Shown here one piece after another: positions 18,227 to 29,062 of a DNA stretch of 64,000 nucleotides. Every line of letters begins with the position of its first letter. Position 1 is the first letter of the stretch. The position numbers and the translations under genes were made by a program. The notes under the pieces are model-generated. The model saw only the letters and a list, made by a program, of their open reading frames with translations. It made no database searches and was not told the DNA's origin. This DNA comes from an uncultured Gemmatimonadales bacterium (GTDB taxonomy: Bacteria; Gemmatimonadota; Gemmatimonadetes; Gemmatimonadales; GWC2-71-9), in contig CAWHZQ010000009.1 of NCBI GenBank assembly GCA_963833905.1, positions 90,292 to 154,291 of the forward strand, written 5' to 3'.

Positions 18227-20887
18227 ATGCACCCCGCGCGCGACCACCACCTTCCTCCCGATCCCGACGCCTACCGCCACGCCCCCCATCCCACCGGGCG
18301 CATCATCGTCATCGCCCCGACGCGCGCGGCCTGCGAGACCATCGAGCTGGCGCTCGGCCTGCACCTGGACACGCTGCTGGAGCGGGAGCACGGCGAGGAG
18401 ATCCGGACGCTCGCCGCGTCGGGCAAGGGCTTCGGGATCGTGGCCGGCACCGGGACCGGCAAGACGCTGGGGATCCGGCCGATCGCCGAATCGATCCTGT
18501 CGGCACCGCTCACGGTGGGCGTGGTCAACCGCGAGCGCGAGGCGACGCCGGACACGCCGTCGTGGAACGTCGTCATCGTCACCACGGGCATCGCGCGGCG
18601 CTGGTTCACCGACGACCTGATCACCGCTCGCGACACGGTCATCGTCGACGAGATCCACCAGACGTCCGCCGAGCTCGAGCTGTGCCTGGCGCTGGGGAAG
18701 CGCGCCGGCTGCCGCTTCATCTGGCTCAGCGCCACGGTGGACCCCGCGTTCTACGCCCGCTACCTCGAGAGCGCGGATGTGCTGGCGACGATCGCCTTCG
18801 ATCCCCGGCTCAAGGCGAAGGTGCAGGTCCTCCCGCAGAAGCCCGACGAGTTCCTGAACGAGCGCTACATCCGCCATCTCATCAAGGAAAAGCGCGGGGT
18901 GGCCGTCTTCCTCCCGACCCGCGCCGAGGTCGAGCGCCTGGGCTCGGAGCTGGGCGAGCAGTGGAAGCGCCTCTCCACGGCGTTCTACCACGGCGGCGAG
19001 CCGATCCGCGTGATCCGCCCGTTCCTCGAAGGCGAAGTGGAGCGCCCGTTCCTGCTGGCCATGACCGCGGCGGGCCAGTCGGCGCTCAACGTGCGCGGCC
19101 TCGACACCGTCGTGATCTACGACGCGCGCTACGGCAACGTGGTCGAGCGCGGACGGAACGTGCTGCACCGGCTCTATCTGGGCGCCAACGAGATCCTGCA
19201 GATGGCCGGCCGGGTGCATGGCCGGGTGCCGAACGGCGAGGTCGTCATCCTGAGCGACCGCGACCTGGTCTTCGAGCAGCTCCGGCCCACGCCGCCCGAG
19301 TTCCAGCTCGCCGGCGACGCCGAGCGGGTGGCGATCACCTGCGCCGCGCTGGGCGTGGACGCGCGGGACCTGGACCTGCCCGTGGCGCTCGACCGGACCG
19401 CCTACCGGCGCGCGCTGGAGCTGCTCACCAGCCGCGGCCTGGTGGAGGACGGGCGCCTCACCAGGTACGGACGCGAGGTCGAGGCCATGCCGGTCGAGCG
19501 CCCCTGGGGCGAGCTCCTGGTGCACGCCGACGCCGAGCTGCTGCCGATGGTGGCCGTGTGCTCCAGCATCGACTCACTGCACCGCATGACGCGCGAGGAG
19601 CGTGATCTGCACGGCGTCGTCGTCAACGGCAGCGACCACCTCACGGCCTACAACCTCTACGCCGAAGCGGTGAATCAGCACGGGAGCGTGGGAGAGGTGT
19701 ACGGCCTGCCGCGGCACCTGTTCGACGAAGGCCTCGCCGAGTGGGCGGAGCGCCGGGGAGTGCTGATCAAGGCGATCGAAGACACGGCGCTCGGCCTGGC
19801 CTCGGTGTACCGCTCGCTCGAGCTGCCCCTGCCGAAGCAGCTTCCCTACGCCTCGAAGGACATCCGGAGGGCATGGGCGGACCTGCTCGCGCGGTTCATG
19901 CCGTTCGACCTCGTCATCGACGAGCACACCGCGGACGGACAGGAGGCGCGGGTCTCGAAGACCTCGGTGGCGGGGAGCTGGGGCGCGGTGGCCGGGCGCG
20001 CTGCGATTCTTCGCCGACCGGTTCGGCGTGCCGCGGGCGTCGATCGAGGGCACGACGCTGTCCTACGATCTCGTCCGCGAGCACGCCGGGCTCGGCCCGC
20101 CGCGAGTGGTCATCTCGGGGCCGCGCAAGCACCAGGGCCTCGCGGTGGAGCGGCGGCGTTCCTACTTCGGGTTCGATCTCGATACCGAGGTCGACCCGAT
20201 CCGTGGCACTATCCCCGAGCCGCTTCGCGCTGCGGCGCGCGACGTCCTGACGGATGCGCTGGTCGCGGGCGAGACCACCCATCCTGATCAGGGGCGGATC
20301 AAGCGCGCGCTCGGGTTGCTCGACGAGCTGTGGCGGCGCTCCGGCGGCGCGCTCGCCGGAATCTCGCCCGGGGCAGTGCGCCGCCTCATCCGCGCCCAGC
20401 TCGAGACCGTGGACTCATGGGATGACTTTCTGCCACTCCCGGCTGGCCCTCGACCCGCTGCCGCTGGTGGACGAAGCCACGCGCGAGCGGCTCGACGCGC
20501 TTCCCGCGATGGTGCGCGTGCGCGGCGACGCCGTCCCGCTCGACTACGAGCTGGCCGACGGCGCCGGGCGTGGCCCGTGTCCGGCTGCGCGAGGGCCAGG
20601 CCAGGCGGATCCGGACGGGGGACCTTCCGCCGATCGACCGGCCACTCCGCTTTGCCGTGCTGCGGGGCCGGCACGAGCCGATTCTGGCCGATACGGTCGA
20701 GGAGCTGCACGCGGCGCTCAGCCGCGCACCCCGCTCGAACCGTGACGACGACGATGGTGACCGCTCGCACCGGGGCCGGAAGGGGGGGCCACACGGGCGG
20801 AGCGGTCCGCGCGGGCGGGGCGGGCCGCGCGGCTCGGGAGGGCACCGGGGAGCGGACCCGCGGCATCGCTCGGGTCGGGGCCGCTGA
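18227..20887 (+). CDS. DEAH/DEIH-box ATP-dependent helicase with Arg/Gly-rich tail, about 3 apparent frameshifts
   Basis: AGTGTGKT (motif I), DEIHQTS (motif II), LSATVD (motif III) and QMAGRVHG (motif VI) in ORF 18227-20287. It continues in frames 20028, 20254 and 20570. The C-terminus is HRGRKGGPHGRSGPRGRGGPRGSGGHRG. Confidence 0.8.
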
Positions 20888-21086
20888 GGGCTCATGGGGC
20901 ATCTCGAGCCGGGAGGATCACGCTCCATTGTGCACCCCGACGGCCGCCGCACGTCTTGAAGAATGCGACCGCACGAATCAATGGCTGATGTTCTTACAGT
21001 ACAGATGGTTGCCTCGGGATGGCGATCCGGGCGATCGACGTCCATCTTTGAAACTCCAGAATTCTGAGTCCCGTATCCTTACTATC

Positions 21087-21542
21087 ATGCCAGACGCGCT
21101 TCCACTCGGATCGCTGCCGTCCGTGTTTTCGCCTCTCGCCAAGGCCCTGCTCGACGGGTTCAGCGAGGGTGTCATCGTGTTCGACGTCGAGGGCCGCCTG
21201 CTCTATGCCAACCAACAGGCGCGTGAAGCGCTCGTCGGCATGGATCTGTCGGAGCACGCACCCGACCTGATGCCGCGGCTGGCGGCGCTCGGCGGGCGGC
21301 TCCGCCCGCTCCGCGTGGGCTCGCTCGAGCTCGGCGAGGCCATGTTCATTCCGGGTGTCGAGGGCCCGACCACGTTGGCGGCCCGGGAAAAAGAGGCTAT
21401 CGTCAAGACACTCGACGCGAACAACTGGAAGCTCGCGGAGACGGCGAAACACCTTGGTATCAGCCGGACCACCCTCTGGCGCCGTCTCAAGGCGTACGGG
21501 CTACACCGAGACGGCCGGAGCAAATGGGCGCAAACCTCCTAG
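21087..21542 (+). CDS. Fis-family HTH DNA-binding protein with PAS-like N-terminal region
   Basis: Internal Met of ORF 20028-21542. C-terminal REKEAIVKTLDANNWKLAETAKHLGISRTTLWRRLKAYG is a typical Fis-type HTH. Confidence 0.7.
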   Translation: MPDALPLGSLPSVFSPLAKALLDGFSEGVIVFDVEGRLLYANQQAREALVGMDLSEHAPDLMPRLAALGGRLRPLRVGSLELGEAMFIPGVEGPTTLAAREKEAIVKTLDANNWKLAETAKHLGISRTTLWRRLKAYGLHRDGRSKWAQTS

Positions 21543-23725
21543 TCCTGCTGTCGATCGCCGCCCCCCTCCAGTCTCCCCCACCCGACACTACTCCTCCCTA
21601 CTCGAGCCCAGCCGTCCAGCAACTCGTCGAGCGGGCCATGGCCCGCCGGCGGGCGAGCGACTCGCTGGTGCGCGACTATCAGGCGACGATCCGCTACCGG
21701 CTGTCGGTCGGGGTCGGACGGCGGGTCTGGTCCAAGGTGCCTGCGTCGGCGGTCGAGGAGCAGGTGGCGCGCGTGCAGTGGCAGCAGCCGAACGACCTCA
21801 GGGTGGACGTGATCGGACGCCGCTTCCAGACCCGGAACCGGACGCTCCAGCTCTCGAGCGTGTGGGACCGGCCGTGGTTCGTCCCACGCGGGGTGGACGA
21901 CTCGGTGCGGATCTTCAGCAACGACTTCCCGGCGACCGGCGCGCTGCATCCGCTGGCGAGCTCGGGCCCCGCGTGGTACCGCTACGCCGTGACGGGGGAG
22001 CTGACAGTGACGCCTGCCCGCGGCGGGGCGCTTCGGCTGATCCGGGTGGAGGTCACCCCGAGACGCGCTGGGCCCGGCGCTCGTCGCCGGCCAGTTGTGG
22101 ATCGATTCGGCGACCGCGGAGGTCGTCCGATTCACTTTCCGCTACCTCGGAACCGCGCTCTGGGTCCGCGCGGATGAGGGACCGCGCGGGCCGGACTCCG
22201 CGAAGGCGCGCCGGCTCAACGCCTGGCCAACCGGATCGTGAGCATCGACGCCGACCTGGAGTACGGGCTGCAGGAAGGCCGCTACTGGATGCCGTACCGC
22301 CAGGTGATCGCCGGGCGGGTGCGGCTGCCGGTGGTGAGCGACGTCGTGATCCCGTTCCAGGCCACCACCACGTTCGACGACTACACGATCAACGGCGGGC
22401 GCCCGATCGAGTTCGCCGTCGTGCTGCCCGACACCGCCGGGTTGACGCGCGATTCTCTCCGTGCGCTCCGGCGAGCGCGGCAGGACTCGCTGCGCGCCGA
22501 GCGGCGCGGGCGGGATGACGAGACGGCCGACAGCCTGCGCTCCTGGGACTACGCCAACCGCTGGCCGGGCGGCCGGTACGAGCTGCATCGCCCGTCCAAC
22601 GTCACGCTCGACCGCTACGACGCGTGGCCCGACTCGCTCTCGCTCGAGACCGATCCGGCGGAGGTGCGCCGGCTTCGTGAGGCGGAGGAAGACCTGGCCC
22701 GGTTGAGCGAGGCGCTGCCGGATTCGGTCACGGGTCAGGCGGCGCGCGGCTTCGGGTACGAGCGGATGTCGGACCTGTTACGCTACGATCGGGTGCAGGG
22801 CCTCTCGTTCGGTGTGGGCTATCGCGTGCGCGCGCCGGGGCTCCGGTTCACCAATCTCTACGGTACCGTGCGGTACGGGTTGAGCGACGACCGGGTGACC
22901 GGCCGGCTGAGCCTCGTGCGGGACGCGCCGGGCGGCCGGTTCACGCTGAGCGGTTACCGCGACATCGTCGACGTGGATCCGTTCGGCTCCGGGCGGACGA
23001 TCGGCAACAGCCTGAACGCGCTGTTCGTGGCCCACGACAACGCGGACTGGGTACTGGCCGAGGGGGGCATGGCGGGCTACGAGACGTCGCTCCGGACAGG
23101 GCTCGATCTGTTCCTGAGCGCGCGGGTGGAACGGCAGACCAGCGTCGGCCGGGAGGCGAAGTCGGCGATCAACGACTTTCTCGGCGGCGACGGCCTGTTC
23201 CCGCCGAATCCGCCGGTGGACGAGGGGACGTTCGCGGGCGGATCGGCGCGCGTGGCGCACACGGGCGGCGTACACTGGAGCGTGACCGCGGACGTGCTCG
23301 GCGGCGAAGGGCGGACGACGGGGCGGCTGTTCGGCGATTTGCGCCGGAGTGTCGGCGGAGACCGGGGCGCCACGCTGCGGGTGAAGGCGGGGATCGCGAC
23401 CAGTCCCACGTTGCAGCAGTCCCAGTTCCGGCTCGGTGGGCTCGCGACCGTGCGTGGCTTCGAGTACGGAGCGCGCCGGGGCCAGGCGTTCTGGGCCGCG
23501 CAGCTCGACGTCTCGCCGCTGAAAGGCCGGCTCCGGCCGGTGGCGTTCGTGGATGCGGGCCAGGCCGCCCGCCCGGGCGACCTCTTCTCGAGCGAGGCGC
23601 TCGCCGGTGCCGGCGTGGGGCTGTCGTTGTTCAACGGGGCGCTCCGCTTCGATCTCAGTCACCCGCTCACGCCCGACACCGGGGGCAAGGTGCGATTCGA
23701 CATCGTCGTCCAGGCGGTGCGGTGA
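21524..23725 (+). CDS. Omp85/bacterial-surface-antigen-type outer-membrane beta-barrel protein, about 2 apparent frameshifts
   Basis: N-terminal part in ORF 21524-2177-range frame (21524-22177) and C-terminal part in ORF 22238-23725. The latter shows alternating beta-strand patterns (GLSFGVGYRV, RLGGLATVRGF, GAGVGLSLFNGALRFDLSHPL) and ends in an aromatic-rich barrel terminus. Confidence 0.6.
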
Positions 23726-23727
23726 GC

Positions 23728-24320
23728 ATGGCGCGGCACGCGCTGGTCGCGATGCCTGGGCGTGGCGCTCGCCTGCGCGAAGCCGGACGCGGGCACGAGC
23801 TCGGGGCCGCGGCTCACGGTGCGCTGGACCGGCGCCGATACCGCGGCCTTCGGCGCGTCGGCCACCGCCGAGCGGTGCGACACGCTCCACCTGATCGAGA
23901 TCCGCGCCATCTCGGGAGACACGGGGCTCGGCCTCGCGCTCTACGACTCGGGCACCGTGCGGCCAGGGAGCTACCCGATCCGGCTCCCGGCCTCGGCCGA
24001 CCGCGCGGCGCCGGCGGCGGCGCTTGCCGTGCGCTGGTTCTCCAAGACGGCGGTGCAGGGCTACCAGGGTGAGAGCGGCAACGTGACGCTCAGGCGCGCC
24101 GCCAACGGCGACCTCTCGGGGACGTTCACGGCGAAGGCGCGCGTCGATCAACTCGAGCGCACGCCTCGACCTCGCCGGGTCGTTCGATGGCCTCCGGGTC
24201 AAGCCGGCCGCGCGCGGGTGCGTGCCGCCGCCGCGCGACTCCACCGCATCGCCGCAGGACTCCATGGCGTCGCCCGGCGACTCCACGGCCTGGCGCCCGG
24301 CGACTCCACGGCTCGTGTAG
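23728..24320 (+). CDS. Hypothetical lipoprotein, about 2 apparent frameshifts; 3' end uncertain
   Basis: MARHALVAM then (after a frame change) LGVALACAKPDAG lipobox. The body is in ORF 23762-24325. A third frame gives LDLAGSFDGLRVKPAARGC and a DST/DSM repeat tail that ends at TAG 24318-24320. Confidence 0.35.
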
Positions 24321-24330
24321 ATTAAGACCC

Positions 24331-25542
24331 ATGGAAAGCACCTACTTCCGGCGCGGCTTCGGCCTCAAAGCGGAGATCGAGGGCCAGCTCACCGCCGACT
24401 ACCACAGCTCGGTGGTCGAGGCGATGCGCGCCCGGCAGCACCGGCTCGACGTGGGGTCGCTGAGCTTCCGCCTGGCGCGGGAATTCGGGTTCTGCTACGG
24501 CGTGGACCGGGCGGTGGACTACGCCTACGAGACCCGCCGCAAGTTTCCCGACCGCCCGTTGTATCTCGTCGGCGAGATCATCCACAATCCGCACGTGAAC
24601 CAGAAGTTGCGCGACATGGGCGTGCGGTTCCTGGTGCGGAGCGAGGACGGCGATTTCGACTTCTCCGGCCTCGGGCCGGAGGACGTGGTCATCATGCCCG
24701 CGTTCGGTGTGACGATGGGCGACTTCGAGCGACTCCGGACCATCGGTTGCGTGCTCGTGGACACGACCTGCGGCTCGGTGCTCAACGTCTGGAAGCGGGT
24801 CGAGAGCTACGCCCGCGACGGCTACACGGCGATCATCCACGGCAAGCACTACCACGAGGAGACCAAGGCGACCGCCAGCCAGGTCATGAAGTATCCGGGC
24901 GGCCGCTACCTGGTGGTGCTCAACATGGCCGAGGCGCGGATCGTCTGTGACTTCATCGAGCACGGCGGCGACGTGGCGGCGCTCGCCGAGCGATTCGCCA
25001 GGGCGGTCTCGCCGGGCTTCGATTTCGAGCGCGACCTCCAGCGGGTGGGCATCGCCAACCAGACGACCATGCTCTCGGGCGAGTCGCTGGCCATCGCCGA
25101 CGAGGTCCGGCGCAGCATGGAGCGGCGCTACGGCTCCGAGGCGGTGGCGGATCACTTCCGGTCGTTCGACACGATCTGCTCCGCCACGCAGGAGCGGCAG
25201 GACGCGGTCCTGGCACTCATCCAGGAGCCGCTCGACGTGATGGTGGTGGTGGGCGGCTACAATTCCAGCAACACCTGCCACCTCGCCGCGCTCGTGCACT
25301 CGAAGGGCGTGCGCATCTTCCACATCGAGGACGCCGAAGGCGTGGACCCGGTGGCGGGGACGATCCGCCACCAGCCGATCGGCACCAAGCACGAGGTCAC
25401 CTCCGCCGGCTGGCTCGGGGACGGCCGCGTCATCGGCATCACCGCCGGCGCCTCGACGCCCAACAACAAGGTCGGCGAGACGATCGCTCGCATCTGCGCG
25501 CTGGCCGGCGTCGCGGAGGAGCTGCGCGCGCAGACCGGGTGA
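24331..25542 (+). CDS. ispH: 4-hydroxy-3-methylbut-2-enyl diphosphate reductase (long form)
   Basis: Internal Met of ORF 24187-25542. FGFCYGVDRAV, DTTCGSVLNVW, IANQTTM, DTICSATQERQDA and VVGGYNSSNTCHL are collinear with IspH/LytB. Confidence 0.95.
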   Translation: MESTYFRRGFGLKAEIEGQLTADYHSSVVEAMRARQHRLDVGSLSFRLAREFGFCYGVDRAVDYAYETRRKFPDRPLYLVGEIIHNPHVNQKLRDMGVRFLVRSEDGDFDFSGLGPEDVVIMPAFGVTMGDFERLRTIGCVLVDTTCGSVLNVWKRVESYARDGYTAIIHGKHYHEETKATASQVMKYPGGRYLVVLNMAEARIVCDFIEHGGDVAALAERFARAVSPGFDFERDLQRVGIANQTTMLSGESLAIADEVRRSMERRYGSEAVADHFRSFDTICSATQERQDAVLALIQEPLDVMVVVGGYNSSNTCHLAALVHSKGVRIFHIEDAEGVDPVAGTIRHQPIGTKHEVTSAGWLGDGRVIGITAGASTPNNKVGETIARICALAGVAEELRAQTG

Positions 25543-25552
25543 CCCCCGCCGC

Positions 25553-26203
25553 ATGACCTTCGTCGACCTCAGCCACACCATCGAGCACGGCATGACGACG
25601 TACCCCGGCCTGCCGGGGCCGCTCATCTGCGACTTCCTGAGCCGGGAGGCCTCGCGCGGGCGGTACGCGCCCGGAGTGGAGTTCCAGATCGGCCGGATCG
25701 ACATGGTGGCCAACACCGGCACCTATCTCGATTCGCCGTTCCACCGCTACGCGGACGGGAAGGATCTGTCCGCGCTGCCGCTCGGCTCGCTGGCGGGACT
25801 CGAGGCGGTCGTGATCCGCGGCCGCGCGGCCGGCCGCGCGATCGATCGCGCGGCGTTCGCGGGGCGGCCGGTCGGCGGCAAGGCGGTGCTGGTGCGCACG
25901 GGGTGGGACGTGCACTGGAGGACCCCGGCGTATCTCGAAGGGAATCCCTATCTCACGGCCGACGCGGCGGCGTACCTCGTGGCCGAGGGCGCCGCGCTCG
26001 TCGGGATCGACTCGCTCAACATCGACGACATCCAGGATCTCGAGCGGCCGGTGCACTCGACGCTGCTCGCGGCCGAGATCCCGATCGTCGAGCACCTGTG
26101 CCATCTTGGCCAGTTGCCCGACGCCGGCTTCCGCTTCTCGGCGGTCCCCCCGAAGGTGGCCGGGTTCGGCACCTTCCCCGTTCGCGCCTTCGCCACCCTC
26201 TGA
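25553..26203 (+). CDS. Cyclase-family protein (arylformamidase/kynurenine-formamidase-like)
   Basis: Intact 216-aa ORF with FVDLSHTIEHGMTTYPG and NTGTYLDSPFH. The usual HxGTHxDxPxH metal motif reads NTGTYLDSPFH here, so the hydrolase activity is uncertain. Confidence 0.7.
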   Translation: MTFVDLSHTIEHGMTTYPGLPGPLICDFLSREASRGRYAPGVEFQIGRIDMVANTGTYLDSPFHRYADGKDLSALPLGSLAGLEAVVIRGRAAGRAIDRAAFAGRPVGGKAVLVRTGWDVHWRTPAYLEGNPYLTADAAAYLVAEGAALVGIDSLNIDDIQDLERPVHSTLLAAEIPIVEHLCHLGQLPDAGFRFSAVPPKVAGFGTFPVRAFATL

Positions 26204-26217
26204 CGCCTTCGCCCGCC

Positions 26218-27187
26218 GTGCCGTTCCGTCAGACCACCGTCGCGGGCTTTCCCGCCATCGCGCTCCGCTCGGAGGAGGTCGAGGTCGTCGCGGTCCCGGT
26301 GATCGGGATGAAGCTGACCCATCTCCGCCGTCTGCGCGGGCGGGAGTGGCTCTGGCGCAGCGATCAGATCCCCCTCGCCGTTCCCCACCCGGGCGCATCG
26401 TATACCGAGACGGCCGGCAGCGGTGGCTGGGACGAGTGCTTTCCGACGGTGGGTCCGTCGCCCATTCCCGGCGCGCCGGCGGGCACGCCGCCGCTGCCGG
26501 ACGGCGGTGAGCTCTGGAGCGCGGACTGGACCAGCTCGGTCTACGAGCACGCGGACGGCACAACGATCACCGGCACGGCGGCGGGCACGGCGCTCCCGTA
26601 CGAGTTTCACCGTGAGGTGACGCTCGTGCGCGGCGCATCGGCGGTCCGTCTCCGCTATCGCCTGCGCCACACGGGCGTCGCGCCGTTTCCGTGGATCTGG
26701 TCGCCGCATGCGCTGTTCAACGTGCAGCCGGGGACCACCCTCGAGCTGCCGGGCGTTCGGCAGGTGAAGCTCGACGCGGTGCACGGGCGCGACGACCTGA
26801 GCCGCGACGACGTCGTGAGCTGGCCGGGGGCGATCGGCGGTGCCCCGGAGCGATTCACGTTTCCGGAGGCGGGCGGATGGGCGGTCAAGCTGTTCGGCGA
26901 CCTGGGCCAGGACGGCCGCATGGTGCTCACCGATCCGCGCGAGGGCGAGCGGCTCGAGATCCTGGTCGACCCGGTGGCGGTGCCGCAGGTCGGCGTGTGG
27001 ATCAACCTGGGTGGGTGGGCACCAGCGGGACGGACGCCGGCGTACACGCTGGCGCTGGCGCCGTGCATCGGCGCGCCGGACCGGCTGGAGGATGCGGTGC
27101 TTGCATGGGGGGCGGGGCAGATGCTGGCGCCGCGGGGAGGAGCGGGGGTGGGAGGTGGAGGTGAGGCTGCCGGATCCGTCCGAGTGA
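26218..27187 (+). CDS. Aldose-1-epimerase-superfamily (mutarotase-like) protein, 1 apparent frameshift
   Basis: GTG start inside ORF 25903-28542 (VPFRQTTVAGFPAIALRSEE, GGWDECFPTV, PFPWIWSPHALFN). The C-terminus EERGWEVEVRLPDPSE lies in the 26840-27187 frame. Confidence 0.5.
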
Positions 27188-27219
27188 GTGGACTGAGCGG
27201 AAGGACGTCTCAGGTCGAC

Positions 27220-28146
27220 TCATGCCGTCCGCGGCACGTCCTCCGCCCGCTCCAGGCTCACGTCCGCGAACGACGCCGGATCCTCGATCGGCTCGAGGTG
27301 GGTGAACACGCTGCTGTTGGGCACCGCGTCCCGCACTTCCTCCTCGATCTTCTCCAGCAAGTCATGTCCTCGCTGGACCGACCAGTGCCCCGGCACCAGC
27401 ACGTGGAAGTCGATGAATCGCCGCGCGCCTGCCTGGCGCGTCCGGAGCGCGTGGAACCGCACGCCGGCGCCGGCGTGGTGGGAGAAGATGTCCGAGATCT
27501 TGCGCAGGAGATCCTCGGGGATCGCGGTGTCCAGCAGGCCCAACAGCGAGCGCCGGAGAATGCTCACACCCGTCCGCACGATGTTGAGTCCGACCGCGAT
27601 GGCGATGATCGGGTCGAGCCGATGCCAGCCGGTAAGGGCGGCGGCCCCGACGCCGATGATGACGCCGACCGAGGTCCAGACATCGCTCATCAGGTGATGA
27701 GCGTCGGCCTCGAGCGTGATGGACTGGTGGCGGCGGCCGGCCCGGAAGAGGATCCGGGCGACGACGAGGTTGATCGCGCCGGCGACGATGGAAATGCCGA
27801 CGCCCAGCTCCACCCGCTGGATCGCCTGCGGGGCGACCAGCCGGCCTACCGAGGTGTACAGGATGCTCGCCGCGGCGAGCATGATGAGTGCGCCTTCGAA
27901 GCCGCTCGAGAAGTACTCGGCTTTGCTGTGCCCGTAGCGGTGGTCTTCGTCCTCGGGGCGGGCGGCGGTGGTGAGGGCGATGAACGCCACGATGGCCGCG
28001 GCCAGGTTGACCAGCGACTCGAGCGCGTCCGAGAGCAGGCCGACCGAGCCGGTGACGAGGTACGCGCCGCCCTTGAGCGCAATGGTGGCGAGCGCGGCCA
28101 CGATGGAGATGGTGGCATAGCGTCGGAGCGGGGCGCGATCTTCCAT
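27220..28146 (-). CDS. Cation diffusion facilitator family metal efflux transporter
   Basis: Intact 308-aa ORF with [40 protein letters not shown] and a C-terminal cytoplasmic domain. Confidence 0.9.
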   Translation of the reverse strand: MEDRAPLRRYATISIVAALATIALKGGAYLVTGSVGLLSDALESLVNLAAAIVAFIALTTAARPEDEDHRYGHSKAEYFSSGFEGALIMLAAASILYTSVGRLVAPQAIQRVELGVGISIVAGAINLVVARILFRAGRRHQSITLEADAHHLMSDVWTSVGVIIGVGAAALTGWHRLDPIIAIAVGLNIVRTGVSILRRSLLGLLDTAIPEDLLRKISDIFSHHAGAGVRFHALRTRQAGARRFIDFHVLVPGHWSVQRGHDLLEKIEEEVRDAVPNSSVFTHLEPIEDPASFADVSLERAEDVPRTA

Positions 28147-28147
28147 T

Positions 28148-29021
28148 CTACAGCGGCGGCCGGCGGAAGCATGCGGAGCACCTCGGCGATGGTCAGGGGC
28201 GAGCTGCCTTCGGCCCGGTTGTTGACGAGGAGGTACGCGGGGATCCTCGCCTGGACCGCCAGCTCGATCAGCCGGAGCAGGTCCGCCCGGAGCGGCGGCG
28301 ACGGGTCCTGGATCCGGTCGTACGGCGCGAACGCATCGACCGCCTCGTCGTACGTGCGCCCCGGCCGGAGGAGCGCCCGGGCGACTAGGAAGCCTCCCGA
28401 CAGGGCGCCCGGCAGATCCAGTTGCTCACCGATGGACGGCATGCGGGTCCAGGAGTTGAAGACATGGGCCACCCCGTGCTCGCGAAGCACCGCGAAATAC
28501 ATGGGGGTGAGGAACTCCTCGTTCCGGATCTCGACCGCGTAGCGGCCCTCGCGGGGCAGAGCGCCGAAGAACTCGTCGAGCCGGGCGGCGAAGCGCTCGG
28601 GCGTCACGCCGGTCGGCCGGCCGATGGTCTGAAACTCGAAGACGAACGGCCCGGTATGGTCGGCGAAGTGCCGCTGGTAGGGCTCGTAGACCGCTTCCAG
28701 GAACAGATCGGGGCTCAGAAAATCGGGATTGACCTGGCCGGCCCGGGCCTTGTCCTGCGCCTTGCTGAACGTGTGTACGGTGAGCTGGTTCCACACCTTG
28801 CTGACGCAGGGAAATCCCGGCGGCAGGTGCTCCGCGTAGGACCCGAGCACCTCGTCGGTGGGGGGCGCGTAGAAACTGGAGTCGATGCCGACGGTACGGA
28901 AGAGGGGAAAGGCGGCATATTCCTCGAGCATCCTCGCCGAGGCGCCCCGCCCATCGTACTCCCGATGATAGACGAGGCCGCGCCACCCGGGGTAGTTCCA
29001 CGACGACGCGCCGAACCGCAC
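28148..29021 (-). CDS. DUF72 family protein; 3' end uncertain (likely 1 frameshift)
   Basis: In the ORF 27846-29531 frame. GTG at 29021 gives [18 protein letters not shown], a typical DUF72 N-terminus. The listed frame runs on into the CDF gene. A TAG at 28148-28150 in a shifted frame is the likely true stop. Confidence 0.7.
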
Positions 29022-29062
29022 ATTGGCAGGCAGGCGCGCCGCGAGGGCGCCGAGCTCGTCCG

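Noticed and set aside
20890-21086. Lower-GC 200-bp spacer upstream of the Fis-type regulator, inspected for a sigma-54 (TGGCAC-N5-TTGC) promoter.
   Set aside because: Only a loose TGGTTGCC string is present, with no convincing -24/-12 pair.
25903-28542. 879-aa ORF that looks like one giant gene.
   Set aside because: Only 26218-~27130 carries mutarotase-like sequence. The remainder is antisense to the well-supported CDF transporter and DUF72 genes and is low-complexity.
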